A stretch of DNA of 64,000 bases, from positions 16,510,871 to 16,574,870 of the forward strand of contig NC_092676.1 of assembly GCF_964355755.1 (NCBI RefSeq), written 5' to 3'. Within the stretch, counting starts at the first letter, position 1. Each line of letters begins with the position of its first letter. The notes under the pieces are model-generated. The model was not told the origin of the DNA. It was given only the letters and a program-made list of their open reading frames with translations, and did no database searches. The translations under genes and the position numbers were made by a program. The stretch comes from Antedon mediterranea (Eukaryota > Animalia > Echinodermata). This document shows, in pieces, positions 27,101 to 40,705 of this stretch.

Positions 27101-27339
27101 TGCTCCTCACTGGCGCCAAATTGTGTCAACTTGAGCACAGTGTATTAACATACGAAAAGAATATTATAATGAGTGACTTATTTCTATTTTATATCACTGC
27201 GCTCCACTAGTGCTAAATTTGGTCCACTGGGGCAGCTACCGTAGTACTATTTCTATTTCGTAAGTAAATAAAGGCATAAATGGCGCTCCGTAGAAGTAGA
27301 GAATGCTCAATCGTCGAAATGACGCTCTGAATATACCTC
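24106..27339. mobile_element. 3.2-kb foldback element with two opposed arrays of a 96-97-bp repeat
   Basis: Outer TIRs of about 110 bp (GAGGTATATTCAGAGCG.../...CGCTCTGAATATACCTC) and flanking direct repeat GGGAAAC (24099-24105, 27340-27346). Left array about 24215-25830, spacer about 90 bp, inverted right array about 25920-27230. Confidence 0.9.
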
Positions 27340-28344
27340 GGGAAACACGCACAAGTCACGTGGTTTGACACCAAGAATTCTTGGTGCTTACGATTATCCG
27401 GTTGACTAGTTTCAGCTGCATGCGATTGGCTACTCACTCGTACACCGTTTTAATATTCATATTTCAGAATGTCAAAGACTCAACAACTAAGATGATGCGC
27501 ATGCGCTATGTTACGTTTAGACAATGTGTACTGTACCAAAGAATATATATTAATAGATATTATACATGTCACATTAAATAGAATTATGACAATAGTTTTT
27601 GCAATTGTAAACTATTTTATAATACATATTTATTAACAAACTAGTGTACATTCACTTTTACAGACAATTATTTACTAACATGCTAAGTTAGTTCACAAAA
27701 ATGGCCTAACACAGCAACACCAAAAATCAATGAATCGTTACTCAGCACGGCCTATTCTTTACCATTGCCGTGTGCTACTCTACGCCCGGTAAATTAAGTA
27801 TTGTTTTTATGATATAAATTAGTATAAAATACATGTTATTAATAGGACAAAATGTTAAATGTTATTAACATTTATTTGTTTTACCAGAAACAAGTTAAAT
27901 ATAGGAATATTATTAAACAATCCTTCGTGAAAACGCGTAAACACCAACACGCCCGGTCACGCTATCGTAGCGCCCGGTTGATAAAGCAAACTGTTTACAC
28001 GGCAGTTTTTACTAAATAAATTGCATAAAACGAACAATTAAATATCCTAATAGTATTTAACATGATGTTGGCATGTAGTTGATAACATTTTTTATCATGA
28101 AAATACTACCGGTGGTCTAGCCTTTGATTATTGAAACCGTCACAAAAAGTTGTATACATCCCAGATACATCCACACTTATGGCGGCGCCCTACCACATAG
28201 ACAATATTACTGTTACAGGGAAAATCGCGGAATACTCATTCTTGTGATATATATTCTTTGACTGTACTTGGGTAGTTTCTGAAGGCTAGCAATTATTTTA
28301 TATGCCTACCCAGTGGGCAAAAATTGGTTGAATTAACGTTAATT

Positions 28345-29010
28345 CAACGTTATCTGCAAACGTTGAAATAACGTTGAAAAAGTGGTTGAAAATGAAAGTT
28401 TGCCTCAACGTAAATGTCAACGTTGAATCAACATAGAAATTATCAACGTTGAAACAACGTTATAATAAGTAACGTTGAAATAACGTTGAAAAAATGGTTG
28501 AAAATGAAAGTTTGCCTCAACGTAAATGTCAACGTTGAATCAACATAGAAACTATCAACGTTGAAACAACGTTAAAATAAGTAACGTTGAAATAACGTTG
28601 AAAAAATGGTTGAAAATGAAAGTTTGCCTCAACTTAAATGTCAACGTTGAATCAACATAGAAATTATCAACGTTGAAACAACGTTAAAATAGGTAACGTT
28701 GAAATAACGTTGAAAAAATGGTTGAAAATGAAAGTTTGCCTCAACGTAAATGTCAACGTTGAATCAACATAGAAATTATCAACGTTGAAACAACGTTAAA
28801 ATAGGTAACGTTGAAATAACGTTGAAAATGAAAGTTTGCCTCAACAAAAATGTCAACATAGATTATCAACGTTGAAACAACGTAAAAATGTCTACGTTGA
28901 AATTATCAATGTTGATTCAATGTTGACATTATTAACGTTGAAACAACGTAATAATTAAGTTGAAATGAAAATTTGCATCAACGTAAATTTAAACATAGAT
29001 TTAACGTTGA
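28345..29010. repeat. 112-bp tandem repeat, left subterminal array
   Basis: gttgaaaatgaaagtttgcc recurs at 28385, 28497, 28609 and onward. Confidence 0.85.
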
Positions 29011-30046
29011 AATTTGATTTGTTGAATTACTATATCCAATTTGAATCAACGGTTTTAAAGTAGTTAGTAGTAAAGTTACTGTTACATCGCAGAATCCATC
29101 AATAGAGACATTTTATAAATACTGTATATCTTACTAATCTTTAATTTCTATAAAAACATAAAATAACATTTAATCAGGTGTTATCAAATCATCAGGCAAA
29201 ATCCAAGCAACAATCAAATAATGTACATCCTCACTGACAGTTCTCAGGTACCAATGTTAAGTATAAAAAATATACTAATAACCAGTTTGTAATATGTTTG
29301 CCAACTAACATGATTGAATAACTATAAATATTGGCTGATTACAGTAAAACACAATAAATACAACACACGTCACAGGTGCCTTGTGCTAATGTTGCAGAAG
29401 TCCAAATGATGGTAATAACACAATACTGTAATTGCATTGTTCCGATTAGTCAATAAACAGTTGCCTCGATTCCTGTGTTGACATTGTCCTATGCTTTCCA
29501 AAAGTGTGGCAATATTATTTTTCCAAACCTGAAACAAATTCAATCACGTTACTGTAGTTTTAAACAAAAATAATACAGTAAAAAATTAATTGTTGAAAGA
29601 TTTATTGTCCCCAAAAAACATGAACAATGAAGATTAATACAATCATACTTTGAATACCTTGCCATTTTGCAATTTTAACAATTTAGATATTCACTTGCCG
29701 TAGAAAATAAACAAAAACAATAAAGATTTCACTTAACAAAAATACAAAATAAACAGTACATTTAACCAAAAACCAATTGTTTGTTTAAATTGTCCCCCTT
29801 TTAAGGTACAAATGCATTTTTTAAAATCTAATTTTTGGTCAAAGTGAACAACTCTATAGTGACGGCATATTCAACAAAACATTTAAAAAAAAATTGTTCA
29901 GTTCAATTATATCTTTAACACATTGTTCAAAAATCATACTGTACATAAACAAAAATTCAATTCAGAACATCATTTCACACTTACTCGTAAACTATGCAAT
30001 CAATTCAATTTATGTAAATAATATTGCAACACTGTATTAATATTTA

Positions 30047-31032
30047 CGCCGTGGTTAGGATTCCGGCAACGAAACTCAACTGCCCAGCGTTAGGGAATCC
30101 GACACGCTATTTCGCATGCCCAGAGCGAGGTATTCGGCGACTCTATTTTTGTCTACAACAGACCAAAGCGTGGTTCCCACTAGCGACGCAACACAAGGAC
30201 GTAACGCAACGCAAGTAAATTGACCAATCACAAGCGATGGCTTATTCGCTTGTGATTGCTAACTGTCTATAACTTCGCTTGTCATTGGTTAAAACGCTTG
30301 CGTTGCGTTTACGTCCTTGCGTTACGTTCTAGTGGGAACCAAGCTTTACAGCGATGGATCATTTTAATAGCTGCGCCACGGCGAACTAGCCGGCCTACAT
30401 GCCTACTAATACTAGTAGGCCTACCAGCTAGATGTGACCATTGGGCCTATTTATTTCGTAATTAAATTTGCTTCATTCATATATAAACTTTATATATTTA
30501 TGAATTATAATTGCATGACTAGTTTTAATTTTTATGATTTTTCAAGTACAAAATAAAAGATTTCATATAACGCATTTATACTGTACATAACATCATGCAA
30601 TCGTATACAAGTTGATTTGTTGACAGCAGCCGCCGTGCGGATGTGAAAAAATAAAACAGACCTATTCGGGAGAAGTCGGTGTCGCAACGCTACGCTATTC
30701 ATTTTCGTACATTTCTTGAAATATGCAAGCTGATTCTTATCAATATCATAATAATTATTTTAACGCGTGGCATAATTATTAATTCATGTATGGCCTAGGC
30801 CAAGTTTCATCCATCGCTCTCTCCCCCGCGCGACGACTAACTAGGCCACAGCAAAGATATCTTTGGCTACACAGTACATCCCTAGTTAACACTCCGACTC
30901 TCGGGTAATGTGGTGCGCGGTCTGTGGCACTAGTGCAAGCTATAATTACTTCGCTCTGGGCATGCGCAATAGCGTGTCGGATTCCCTAACGATGGGAAGT
31001 TGAGTTGCGGTGCCGGAATCCTAACCACGGCG
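30047..31032. mobile_element. MULE-like MITE nested in the EnSpm-like element
   Basis: TIR of about 60 bp CGCCGTGGTTAGGATTCCGGCA..., with 9-bp direct repeat TAATATTTA at 30038-30046 and 31033-31041. Confidence 0.8.
30167..30345. mobile_element. PIF/Harbinger-like MITE, second copy
   Basis: Near-identical to 11854-12032. The TSD is imperfect (caa/tta). Confidence 0.85.
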
Positions 31033-32369
31033 TAATATTTATTCAATTCAATATTAAAGTTAAGAACTATAAATACCAACCTTTTGTATATAAAAATATT
31101 GATCATCCATTAGATTTTTCTCGTTTGATTCACATAGAAAAGATTATAGGCCTACATGTACTTCATTATTTTGTACTCTAGCTAGGCATAGGCCTAAGGG
31201 CCTTAGCTAGGCCTACAATCTGAAATAAAGAAAGCGAGTAAGTTTAACAAATAGCCGTCCTAGGCTAGGCAAGCAACATGTGTTTGTATACTATTAACAC
31301 TAATAATAGCATTAGCAGCTACTGTAGACAGCCTAGCAGAAAGCTAGCTAGGCTAGGCCAACTAATTAAATATTATAATGTTATATTTATGTATACTTTT
31401 GGATAAATAAAGAAAGTATTATTGAACTAAAAGGCCTAGCCTAGGCCTAATACATACCATTTTATAACCATAATAAGTACAGAACTGTAGTTATCCTTGG
31501 CAAGGCAAATGTTTGCACTTGACATGCATAATACTAAATGCTTCCACTAGGCCTAGTGAGTGAATTCAGTTCATCAGTTTGGCAGCCTGCCTAGCCTACT
31601 AGCCTAGCCTATATAGGCCTAGGCTAGGCCTAGCCTACCAGGCTATAGCCTAGCTATGCATGTGTGGCCTAGACTAGAGGCTAGCTATTGTTTGATAAGG
31701 GTAAAATAGTCAAGCTCAAAGCTTATAAATTAGTAGATTACAAATAAAAAAGATTGTTTTCCTACCTCAAAACATACTTATTTGACAATTTCAATGATGA
31801 GCCTTTTTTTTCTACACACCACTACTACTGTAGGCCTAGCCTATGTCGAAGTAACTGAAATTACTGACACCAGTTTCAAAATTTTATCAAAACGAAACTA
31901 ACCAATGACAAGCACGTATCTTATGAAATTTGATCTTGCATGAAAGGATCATTCAATTTTCAACAACTTCTTAGAACATTTTTGTATTATACAGAGACAA
32001 TTTGCCAATCTAAAATTCCTAAATAACCAATAATCATTTGTTTTACAATAAAGGATGATAAAATAAACCGCCAACTGAAATCTAATGTTAATTTAACGTT
32101 GAAACATCAATGGCAATGCACTTAAACAATTATTTAATATTAAACGTTAAAAACATGTCATTTTAACCAAAGTATTAAATAGAATTTATCTTTAATTTAA
32201 CGTTTAATTAACATTGAAAAAAAAAATAATAATTGTTTGAAAAAACAACATAATTTCAAGAGTTTTTCAACGTTGAAAACATGTCATTTGAAAATGACAA
32301 CTGGATTTCAACGTTAAAATAACGTTGGAATAACATTGAAAAACAAAAATAATAACTGTTTGAAAAAAA

Positions 32370-34120
32370 TTACTAGTTAGAAATACAATGTTATTTCAAC
32401 GTTGGATCAACATTGATAAATTAACGTAAATTACTAGTTAGAAAGACAATGTTATTTCAACGTTGGATCAACATTGATAAATTAACGTAAATTTCTAGTT
32501 AAAAATACAATGTTATTGCAACGTTGGATCAACATTGATAAATTAATGTAAATTTCTTGTTAAAAATACAATGTTATTTCAACGTTGGATCAACATTGAT
32601 AAATTAACGTAAATTTCTAGATATAAAGACAATGTTATTTCAACGTTGTATCAACATTGATAAATTAACGTAAATTACTAGTTAGAAAGACAATGTTATT
32701 TCAACGTTGGATCAACATTAATAAATTAACGTAAATTTCTAGTTAAAAATACAATGTTATTTCAACGTTGGATCAACATTAATAAATTCACGTAAATTTC
32801 TAGTTAAAAATACAATGTTATTTCAACGTTGGATCAACATTGATAAATTAACGTAAATTATTAATTAAAAATACAATGTTATTTCAAGGTTGGATCAACA
32901 TTGATAAATTAACGTAAATTACTAGTTAAAATACAATGTTATTTCAACGTTGGATCAACATTGATAAATTAACGTAAATTTCTAGTAAAAAATACTATGT
33001 GATTTTAACGTTGGATCAACATTGATAAATTAACGTAAATTACTAGTTAAAAATACAATGTTATTTCAACGTTGGATCAACATTGATAAATTAACGTAAA
33101 TTTCTAGTTAAAAATACTATGTGATTTTAACGTTGGATCAACATTGATAAATTAACGTAAATTACTAGTTAGAAAGACAATGTTATTTCAACGTTGGATC
33201 AACAATGATAAATTAACTTAAATTACTAGTTAAAAAGACAATGTTATTTCAACGTTGGATTAACATTCATAAAGTAACGTAAATTTCTAGTTAAAAATAC
33301 AATGTTATTTCAACGTTGGATCAACATTAATAAATTAACGTAAATTTCTAGTTTAAAATACATTGTTATTTCAACGTTGGATCAACATTGATAAATTAAC
33401 GTAAATTACTAGTTAAAAATACAATGTTATTTCAACGTTGGATCAACATTGATAAATTAACGTAAATTACTAGTTAAAAATACAATGTTATTTCAACTTT
33501 GGATCAACATTGATAAATTAACGTAAATTTCGAGTTAAAAATACAATGTGATTTTAACGTTGGATCAACATTGATAAATTAACGTAAATTTCTAGTTAAA
33601 AATACAATGTTATTTCAACGTTGGATCAACATTGACAAATTAACGTAAATTACTAGTTAGAAAGACAATGTTATTTCAACGTTAAATCAACATTGATAAA
33701 TTAACGTAAATTACTAGTTAGAAGGACAATGTTATTTTAACGTTGGATCAACATTGATAAATTAACGTAAATTTCTAGTTAAAAATACAATGTTATTTCA
33801 ACGTTGAATCAACATTTATAAATTAACGTAAAACATTTGTTTTAAAAACAATGTTATTTCAACGTTGGATCAACATTGATAAATTAACGTAAAACATTGG
33901 TTAGAAAGACAATGTTATTTCAACGTTAAACCAACATTTATTAATTAACATAAATTACTAGTTAAAAAGAAAATGTTATTTCAACGTTGATTCAATGTTT
34001 ATTACTAAACGTAAAAAAAATAGTTAGGGAAAAAATGTTATTTCAACGTTGATTCAACATTTGAAAAACGCTGACAACATGATTTCAACAAATAAACTAT
34101 ATTTCAACGTTGATTCAACG
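32370..34120. repeat. 61-bp tandem repeat (about 28 copies), right subterminal array
   Basis: Unit ttatttcaacgttggatcaacattgataaattaacgtaaattactagttaaaaatacaatg. Confidence 0.92.
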
Positions 34121-35281
34121 TTGAAATTATGTTCTGTGCCCACTGGGTAGGCCTAGTAGTCTGGTAAATATTTGATGGGATTTTCCCCAAGAACATGAAA
34201 ACTCGTCTTGATATGATAGGCTAGCTTCTCCGCAAATCAAACATTGAATGGATCATTTATTACGCGGAGATAATTTTGATTTCCCACCCAGACCCTGTCC
34301 TGTTCTGTGTGGTGTGTAGCCCTGTTGTGTGCCGGTGGTATGTAGGCCTACTTTATTGGCGTTTGTCATACGTGCGAGTTGAGTAGGACCTACGAAAGAG
34401 GCCTAGGCCAAGGACTAAACTAAACTAAATTAATAAACAAAACAACTTGGCATTACGATTTAGTATATTTCAACAGTCTCGATCGTACATTCAGCACTGT
34501 CCGTACTCGATCTTTTTCATTTTGAAACAAAATGATCATTGGTTGATTCGAAATCCATATTTAGCCCGCCCCATATAGCCAAATACGGTATGATAACCTA
34601 CGTCATTCTTATCGGATGTTTGCGGTCTGCAAATCGATTTCTATACGTGTTTCACAAGTCTGTATTTTCAGACAAAAATCGCGGTCGAAATAAAAACAAA
34701 TAAATTTAAAAAAAAAGATAATACAGACTTGGGGCAAGTCTAACATTTGACGTACAAAATGTTGTGACGTCATCAAATGGCCACGTCTTGAATTTAAAAG
34801 TCGGGATTTTTTATTTTTTGTGTAAGTTATCACATTCAACAGAGGGCATACTGTATAAATAATATACAGTGTAGCATAGATGAAATTACCGACCTCCAGA
34901 TAAAGAAAACTGGAAGGGTCACACTTTGTAAATATTTTTGAAATAAAACAAACAGTTTAGTGAATTAAAACAAGGCCATATAGATGGCTGCAGTCGCGTG
35001 CTCAAGTTAGTGTTTATCGACCGACCAACCAACCGACCGACCAACTGACCAAAATTGCTGAACATGTTTAAACATGTTGAAAATGTTTAAAAACATTATA
35101 TTTTTTTTAATTTACACGTGCGTAGCCTGTTACATTTGACGTGCTCGTATAACGTAATTTCGAGTTGAAAAGTGAATCAAATATGATGATATTATTAAAG
35201 AAAGGTTGTAAAACAGAAATCGGGCAAAAAAAGTTCATATTAACATTTAACGCGCAGTGCATGCGCGTGCAAAAATCTGCT

Positions 35282-36420
35282 ACTATACACATTTTTGTTG
35301 TACTAGCGGACAGTGATAATGGGTAGGATACGATTGAAATCAGCAATCTATTTACCACTGTGCGCTGCTATATACATTTTGGTTGTACTAGCGCACAGTA
35401 ATAATAGATAAGATACGATTAAAATCAGCAATCTATTTACCACTGTGCGCTGCTATACCCATTTTGGTTGTACTAGCGCACAGTAATAATAGATAAGATA
35501 CGATTAAAATCAGCAATCTATTTACCACTGTGCGCTGCTGTACCCATTTTGGTTGTACTAGCGCACAGTAATAATAGATAAGATACGATTAAAATCAGCA
35601 ATCTATTTACCACTGTGCGCTGCTATATCCATTTTGGTTGTACTAGCGCACAGTAATAATAGATAAGATACGATTAAAATCAGCAATCTATTTACCACTG
35701 TGCGCTGCTGTACCCATTTTGGTTGTACTAGCGCACAGTAATAATAGATAAGATACGATTAAAATCAGCAATCTATTTACCACTGTGCGCTGCTATATAC
35801 ATTTTGGTTGTACTAGCGCACAGTAATAATAGATAAGATACGATTAAAATCAGCAATCTATTTACCACTGTGCGCTGCTATATCCATTTTGGTTGTACTA
35901 GCGCACAGTAATAATAGATAAGATACGATTAAAATCAGCAATCTATTTACCACTGTGCGCTGCTATACCCATTTTGGTTGTACTAGCGCACAGTAATAAT
36001 AGATAAGATACGATTAAAATCAGCAATCTATTTACCACTGTGCGCTGCTATATCCATTTTGGTTGTACTAGCGCACAGTAATAATAGATAAGATACGATT
36101 AAAATCAGCAATCTATTTACCACTGTGCGCTGCTATACCCATTTTGGTTGTACTAGCGCACAGTAATAATAGATAAGATACGATTAAAATCAGCAATCTA
36201 TTTACCACTGTGCGCTGCTATACCCATTTTGGTTGTTGTACTAGCGCACAGTAATAATAGATAAGATACGATTAAAATCAGCAATCTATTTACCACTGTG
36301 CGCTGCTATATCCATTTTGGTTGTACTAGCGCACAGTAATAATAGATAAGATACGATTAAAATCAGCGAGCTATTTACCATTGTGCGCTGCTATACCCAT
36401 TTTGGTTGTACTAGCGTACA
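35282..36420. repeat. Homogeneous 85-bp tandem repeat (about 13 copies) with an internal hairpin
   Basis: cactgtgcgc recurs at 35441, 35611, 35781 (two units per 170 bp). Each unit contains the inverted pair actgtgcgct / agcgcacagt. Confidence 0.92.
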
Positions 36421-36909
36421 ATTAGGTTGGAATTTAATTATATAGCCATGTCTTATAATCTATAATAATATAGTATGTATATTGTAATTTAATTGGATAA
36501 AGAGGACCCCTAAATAGAGAAAACTTGAAGGGTCACACTTAAATAATGTTGAAAGAAAACAAAAGCATTCTAAATTGAATCGTTCCGTATATCATACAAA
36601 AGTTTAGTGAAAAAAAGGTTGTATACAATGTTTCCACAAAAATAAATACAGCTCATGCATGATTGTACAGAGGAAGTCGGTACTTCCTCTTGATGACTTA
36701 TTATAACATAGGCCTATATAAAATTCATAAAACATTTTGATCATCAGCGCAACTCGCCTTTTTACTAAGGCCTCTGTAAATTGTTAGTCGGCTTGTCTTT
36801 AGAGTGAGAACATAATTCGTGTAAATATCCTACACACTGCACAAGTTGTAAACTGATGTCCATTTTCAATCAAAGAGAATCGGCTGTAAAGGAAACAGCT
36901 GTATTAACT

Positions 36910-36943
36910 CATAGAGATATTATAGTTCACTAATATCTCTATG
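36910..36943. mobile_element. 34-bp P-element-like micro-insertion
   Basis: CATAGAGATATTA...TAATATCTCTATG flanked by ATTAACT/ATTAATT. It is absent from the paralogous copy at 23382-23388. Confidence 0.75.
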
Positions 36944-37850
36944 ATTAATTTAAGGAAACATTAATAAATACATCAGATAGAACACTCAAGTGAAGGAACA
37001 TTAAACTGATAAGGCCTGAACCTTAAACGACATCGTTGACCTGTGACTAATAATAACAATAACAATAAAAATAATAATAAAAATAACAATAATAATAATA
37101 AAATCTATATATAATATTATGGTTAATTCTGACATAGGCGAGTACAATGGAAAAACTTCGGTACAAATCGCTGCCTTGGATATCTACCAGAGCTATCTCA
37201 GATGTACCGTGAAATGATACCATTAGTTTTCACTATTACGATATTGTTCCATATTTTCTATCTTAGGAAGATATTATAAGGAGTTTTTAACCAAATTTAT
37301 GATTTCAACGGTAAATTTTCAACTCATTTCAATTCTACACGGTTAAAGTAATTTCCGGGTTCACGATGAGTTCACATTTTAACAACCAGGTTTCAACTAA
37401 GTTGGCCGTTATAGTGGCTATAGCCATTTTTAGTGTTTTTGTTTATTTTAGGAACAGACCGCGCGTGTGAAGGTACAGTAGTTTAACAATAAAATTTATA
37501 CTGCAAATTAATAAAGATCAAATTAAATATACGCCATAAAACATCGGAATATATTGTGGGGAATAGTATTATAAAATTACATAGGGAGATTTGGTGATAA
37601 GACATCTTGTTTAAATCGAGCGAAATCCCGATAACCGAGTTTTATTGAGTAATCTATCTTTCTATCTTTTAAAAGATAATGAATTGAGGCACGTTAGAAG
37701 CGCGGTGCGCTCTTTGAAATTGTATAACTTCTTTACGCGTGATGACATCATAAAAATGAAGAATTTATTCTGACTAGTTAGGCCTCCATTGTGAGGGCGG
37801 TTGTTGTATGAGACAATGTATCTGGTGGGTGAAAATCTGTAATAATACCA

Positions 37851-37925
37851 TGGCTATGTGATCTAGTGGTATGATACTCGCCCTGTAAGCTAGAGGTCGC
37901 AGGTTCGAATCCCGCCAGATACATT
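37851..37925 (+). other. tRNA-like sequence (pseudo-tRNA or SINE head)
   Basis: A-box-like tgatctagtggt and B-box ggttcgaatccc, then TTTTTT. The acceptor and anticodon stems pair poorly. Confidence 0.55.
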
Positions 37926-37999
37926 TTTTATACAATTAAACAATTACGTATGATTTATATACTGGCCGAATTTTTCGGATAAAACAATCAATTAATTGT

Positions 38000-38275
38000 C
38001 TAACCACAAAACGTCATTTATCTCATATACTGTAATATTTGCGGCAAACAGTACGTCTGGGAAACAAAAAAAAACACTCTCCGTAAGAGAATGACACAAC
38101 ACAGATCAGCTATCAAAACATTAAAGCTTGATCAACCTGTAGCCGAACATTTTAATTTAGATGGTCACTCGATTGCAAATTTTGAGAGTTATTGCAATAG
38201 ACCACGATGTCAAATGGAGCGACAAAACTCGCAAAGACAAAGAAAACCATTGGGAATTACAACTTAAATGGAAAC
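38000..38275 (+). pseudogene. Penelope-like GIY-YIG endonuclease remnant
   Basis: Frameshifted peptides CGKQYV..ETK, RMTQHRSAI and PVAEHFNLDGHS. Confidence 0.65.
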
Positions 38276-38289
38276 TATCTAATTCTGCC

Positions 38290-38600
38290 TATGTAAAGTC
38301 TGTAATGAACAAGGTAATTATAACCATTATGTTTGTTTCATGTAGGGAGGTAGTTAGTTTTTGGAGAAAATTTAAGTTGCTTTTACGCAAGTTAAAACTG
38401 CCAGATGTAGTCATTTCAACACGTACACTTATATTTATTGTCAACACAGAAACTGAAAACTTTCTAGTTAACCACTTAATAGTTATTGCTTCATTCACAA
38501 TTTATAGATTTAGGCTGAAGCTTTACGAACATGTTTCGAAGCCTGACCTTTTCAATTGCTTTTTAAATGAGCTAGAATCACTGAATCGTGAACTACAATT
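38290..38600 (+). pseudogene. Possible Tx1/L1-type LINE 3' remnant
   Basis: MFVSCREVVSFW...LVNHLIVIASFTIYRFR resembles the C-terminus of Tx1 ORF2. Confidence 0.45.
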
Positions 38601-40705
38601 GATTTGTTTTAGCCTAGATATTCAACTAATCAATTATAAAGGCCTTTACTTTACGTGAAATACAATTTGTTTCAGTAATTGAACTAATTATTTATGCTAT
38701 TTATTAATCATTTTATCAAATTTAGGTGCGATTCAACTGTAGGAGGCTAATTGAACTATTATTTATTCTATTTATTAATCTTTTAATCAAATTTAGGTGC
38801 GATTCAATGTTACTATAGGAGGCCTGGTAGGCCTACCAAGGAAACACCTGTACTGTTTATATTATCGATTATTTCTGTTGCTTGCTCTATTTATAATTAT
38901 AAATGGTGTGTACTACGACCGATATATAAGTAGGCTACGAAAGTTGTTATTTGATAATTTTGTTTCAAAATTAACAAGAAGCTGTTGTCATGATATATTG
39001 TGATATAAATGTTAAAGCACCGCTGACTGTCACCCACTTTGATAAACTATGCTTTTGGTCTCTTGGTACGGTCACGTTAGAGACTGTTACAGTGATTGAT
39101 TACCCCTATTAACGGTTTCCTCCTGTGTGTAACGTTCAGATAATATATATATATATAGGCCTAATATGTATATTATACGTATACTGGGTCTTTACAATTA
39201 TAATATTTGCATTAATACCAATTGTTGTAATACCAATTGTTGTAAAGTTTTTACATCATTACAGGATAATTAATGTACATTTTGTTTACAAATAATTACA
39301 TCTATTGAGTGACTTTTTCCCCTTTACTTTCCTATAACCACCGATTGCTGTCAAGTGTCCATACATCAACACTGACAGGGGACATAATCTATATATAAAT
39401 TTACGTAAGGGCAAAATTCGGTAAATCGCGCGTTATTTTCAGAATGTTTACTCGATGGTATATAAAGTTGGTTCATACTTTCGGTACTGATTTTAACCGC
39501 CTGATGTAACCCTGTTTACTAATTAAATTAAGTTAGATAATTAGTTATTGACGATTAAAACGAATTTAGGTTCAACGATTTGCCCCAAATAGGGGTGTTT
39601 TCCGATCGTGGTATACACTGTCTAATGGATGTACATCTTGAAAAATACCCGCCACAAAAATGCGAGGAGGCTTCGCATTTTCCTATCTCCTCCTACGATA
39701 ATTGTTTTTAATAGCTGAAAACCGGTTGAACAGCTCGAGTACAGTATCATAATGTTGAAGACAGGCCGATTTTCTTAAAAAAATACTATTTTGATAGATT
39801 TAATATCCGTTTATACGAATTGATTTGCGATGAATGGAACATTCCAATCTCTCAGACTCCCAGTTTGTAGGTAAATGTATGAGCCCTTGGTTTAAAGTGG
39901 AGCTACACTCAGACTTTCTCAGCTTATATTATGTTTAAGTATGTTTAATTGAAAGTGATTACATAAAAAAAACAGGAAAAATACGGAAATATTTTCCAAA
40001 AACTCATTTCTAAAAAATCGGTCAGAAAATAGTGTTTTTTAACAAATTACAGTTTTTCAGTAACTTAGGGGTTATTAGTTTACAATACGTCGCGAAACGC
40101 GTTACACTTCGCTGGTCAACGCATTGTGGAAATTTCTTTCCTTTGGTAAATTATGTGTCGAAAAATGGGGAATAAATTTTATACACACAATTAATAAATA
40201 CGATTTGTTTAGGCCTAAGTAATATTTCCGATAAGAATGTCAGTATAATTTACATGTAACCTCATGATTTTCACTGTACAACAACAGCATTATAATCTTA
40301 TCAGATTGCTTTTAACTTTAAGCTAGGTCTAGGCCTAGCTAAGCCGTCTGCTCAGCCTAGCTAGCCTTGAATTTTTGTCTAGAGGCCTATGTATTCATAG
40401 GCATGGTCGTTTCGCCCCATTTATCGTTCCTGGGTTTTCTCGCATATTAAGAATTGTGCAACACAAAATCCTATACAGAACAAGAGTAGTAAAGAATAGT
40501 AAAGCGATGTGCAAGCTTAGACCTGACTGAAAAGCAACTATTCAGGCACCCTATCATGGCCCATGGGTAGGCCAAGGTCGGGTAACAGCAAAAAAAACTT
40601 CACTGCTGTCAGCCTAGCCTAGCTAGAGTCTGAGGCCAAGCCACTCTAAGCAGCATCGGTACATACCTACACTCTAGTAGGCCTAGGCCTAGCTTTATTG
40701 AATAT

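Larger units (their letters stand above)
28309..34147. mobile_element. Non-autonomous EnSpm/CMC-like element with subterminal satellite arrays
   Basis: CCCAGTGGGCA...TGCCCACTGGG termini flanked by TA on both sides. AACGTT-rich subterminal arrays. No long ORF. Confidence 0.8.

Noticed and set aside
25085-27210. Short ORFs with repeated LGPLEHSVLTYEKILKF peptides
   Set aside because: These are translation artefacts of the 96-97-bp repeat on both strands.
35282-36420. CRISPR-like appearance of the regular arrays (also 16735-18062, 24215-27230, 32370-34120)
   Set aside because: The units repeat in full with no unique spacers, there are no cas genes, and the context is eukaryotic.
37851-37925. 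Functional tRNA gene
   Set aside because: The acceptor and anticodon stems do not pair well, so it is kept only as a pseudo-tRNA or SINE head.
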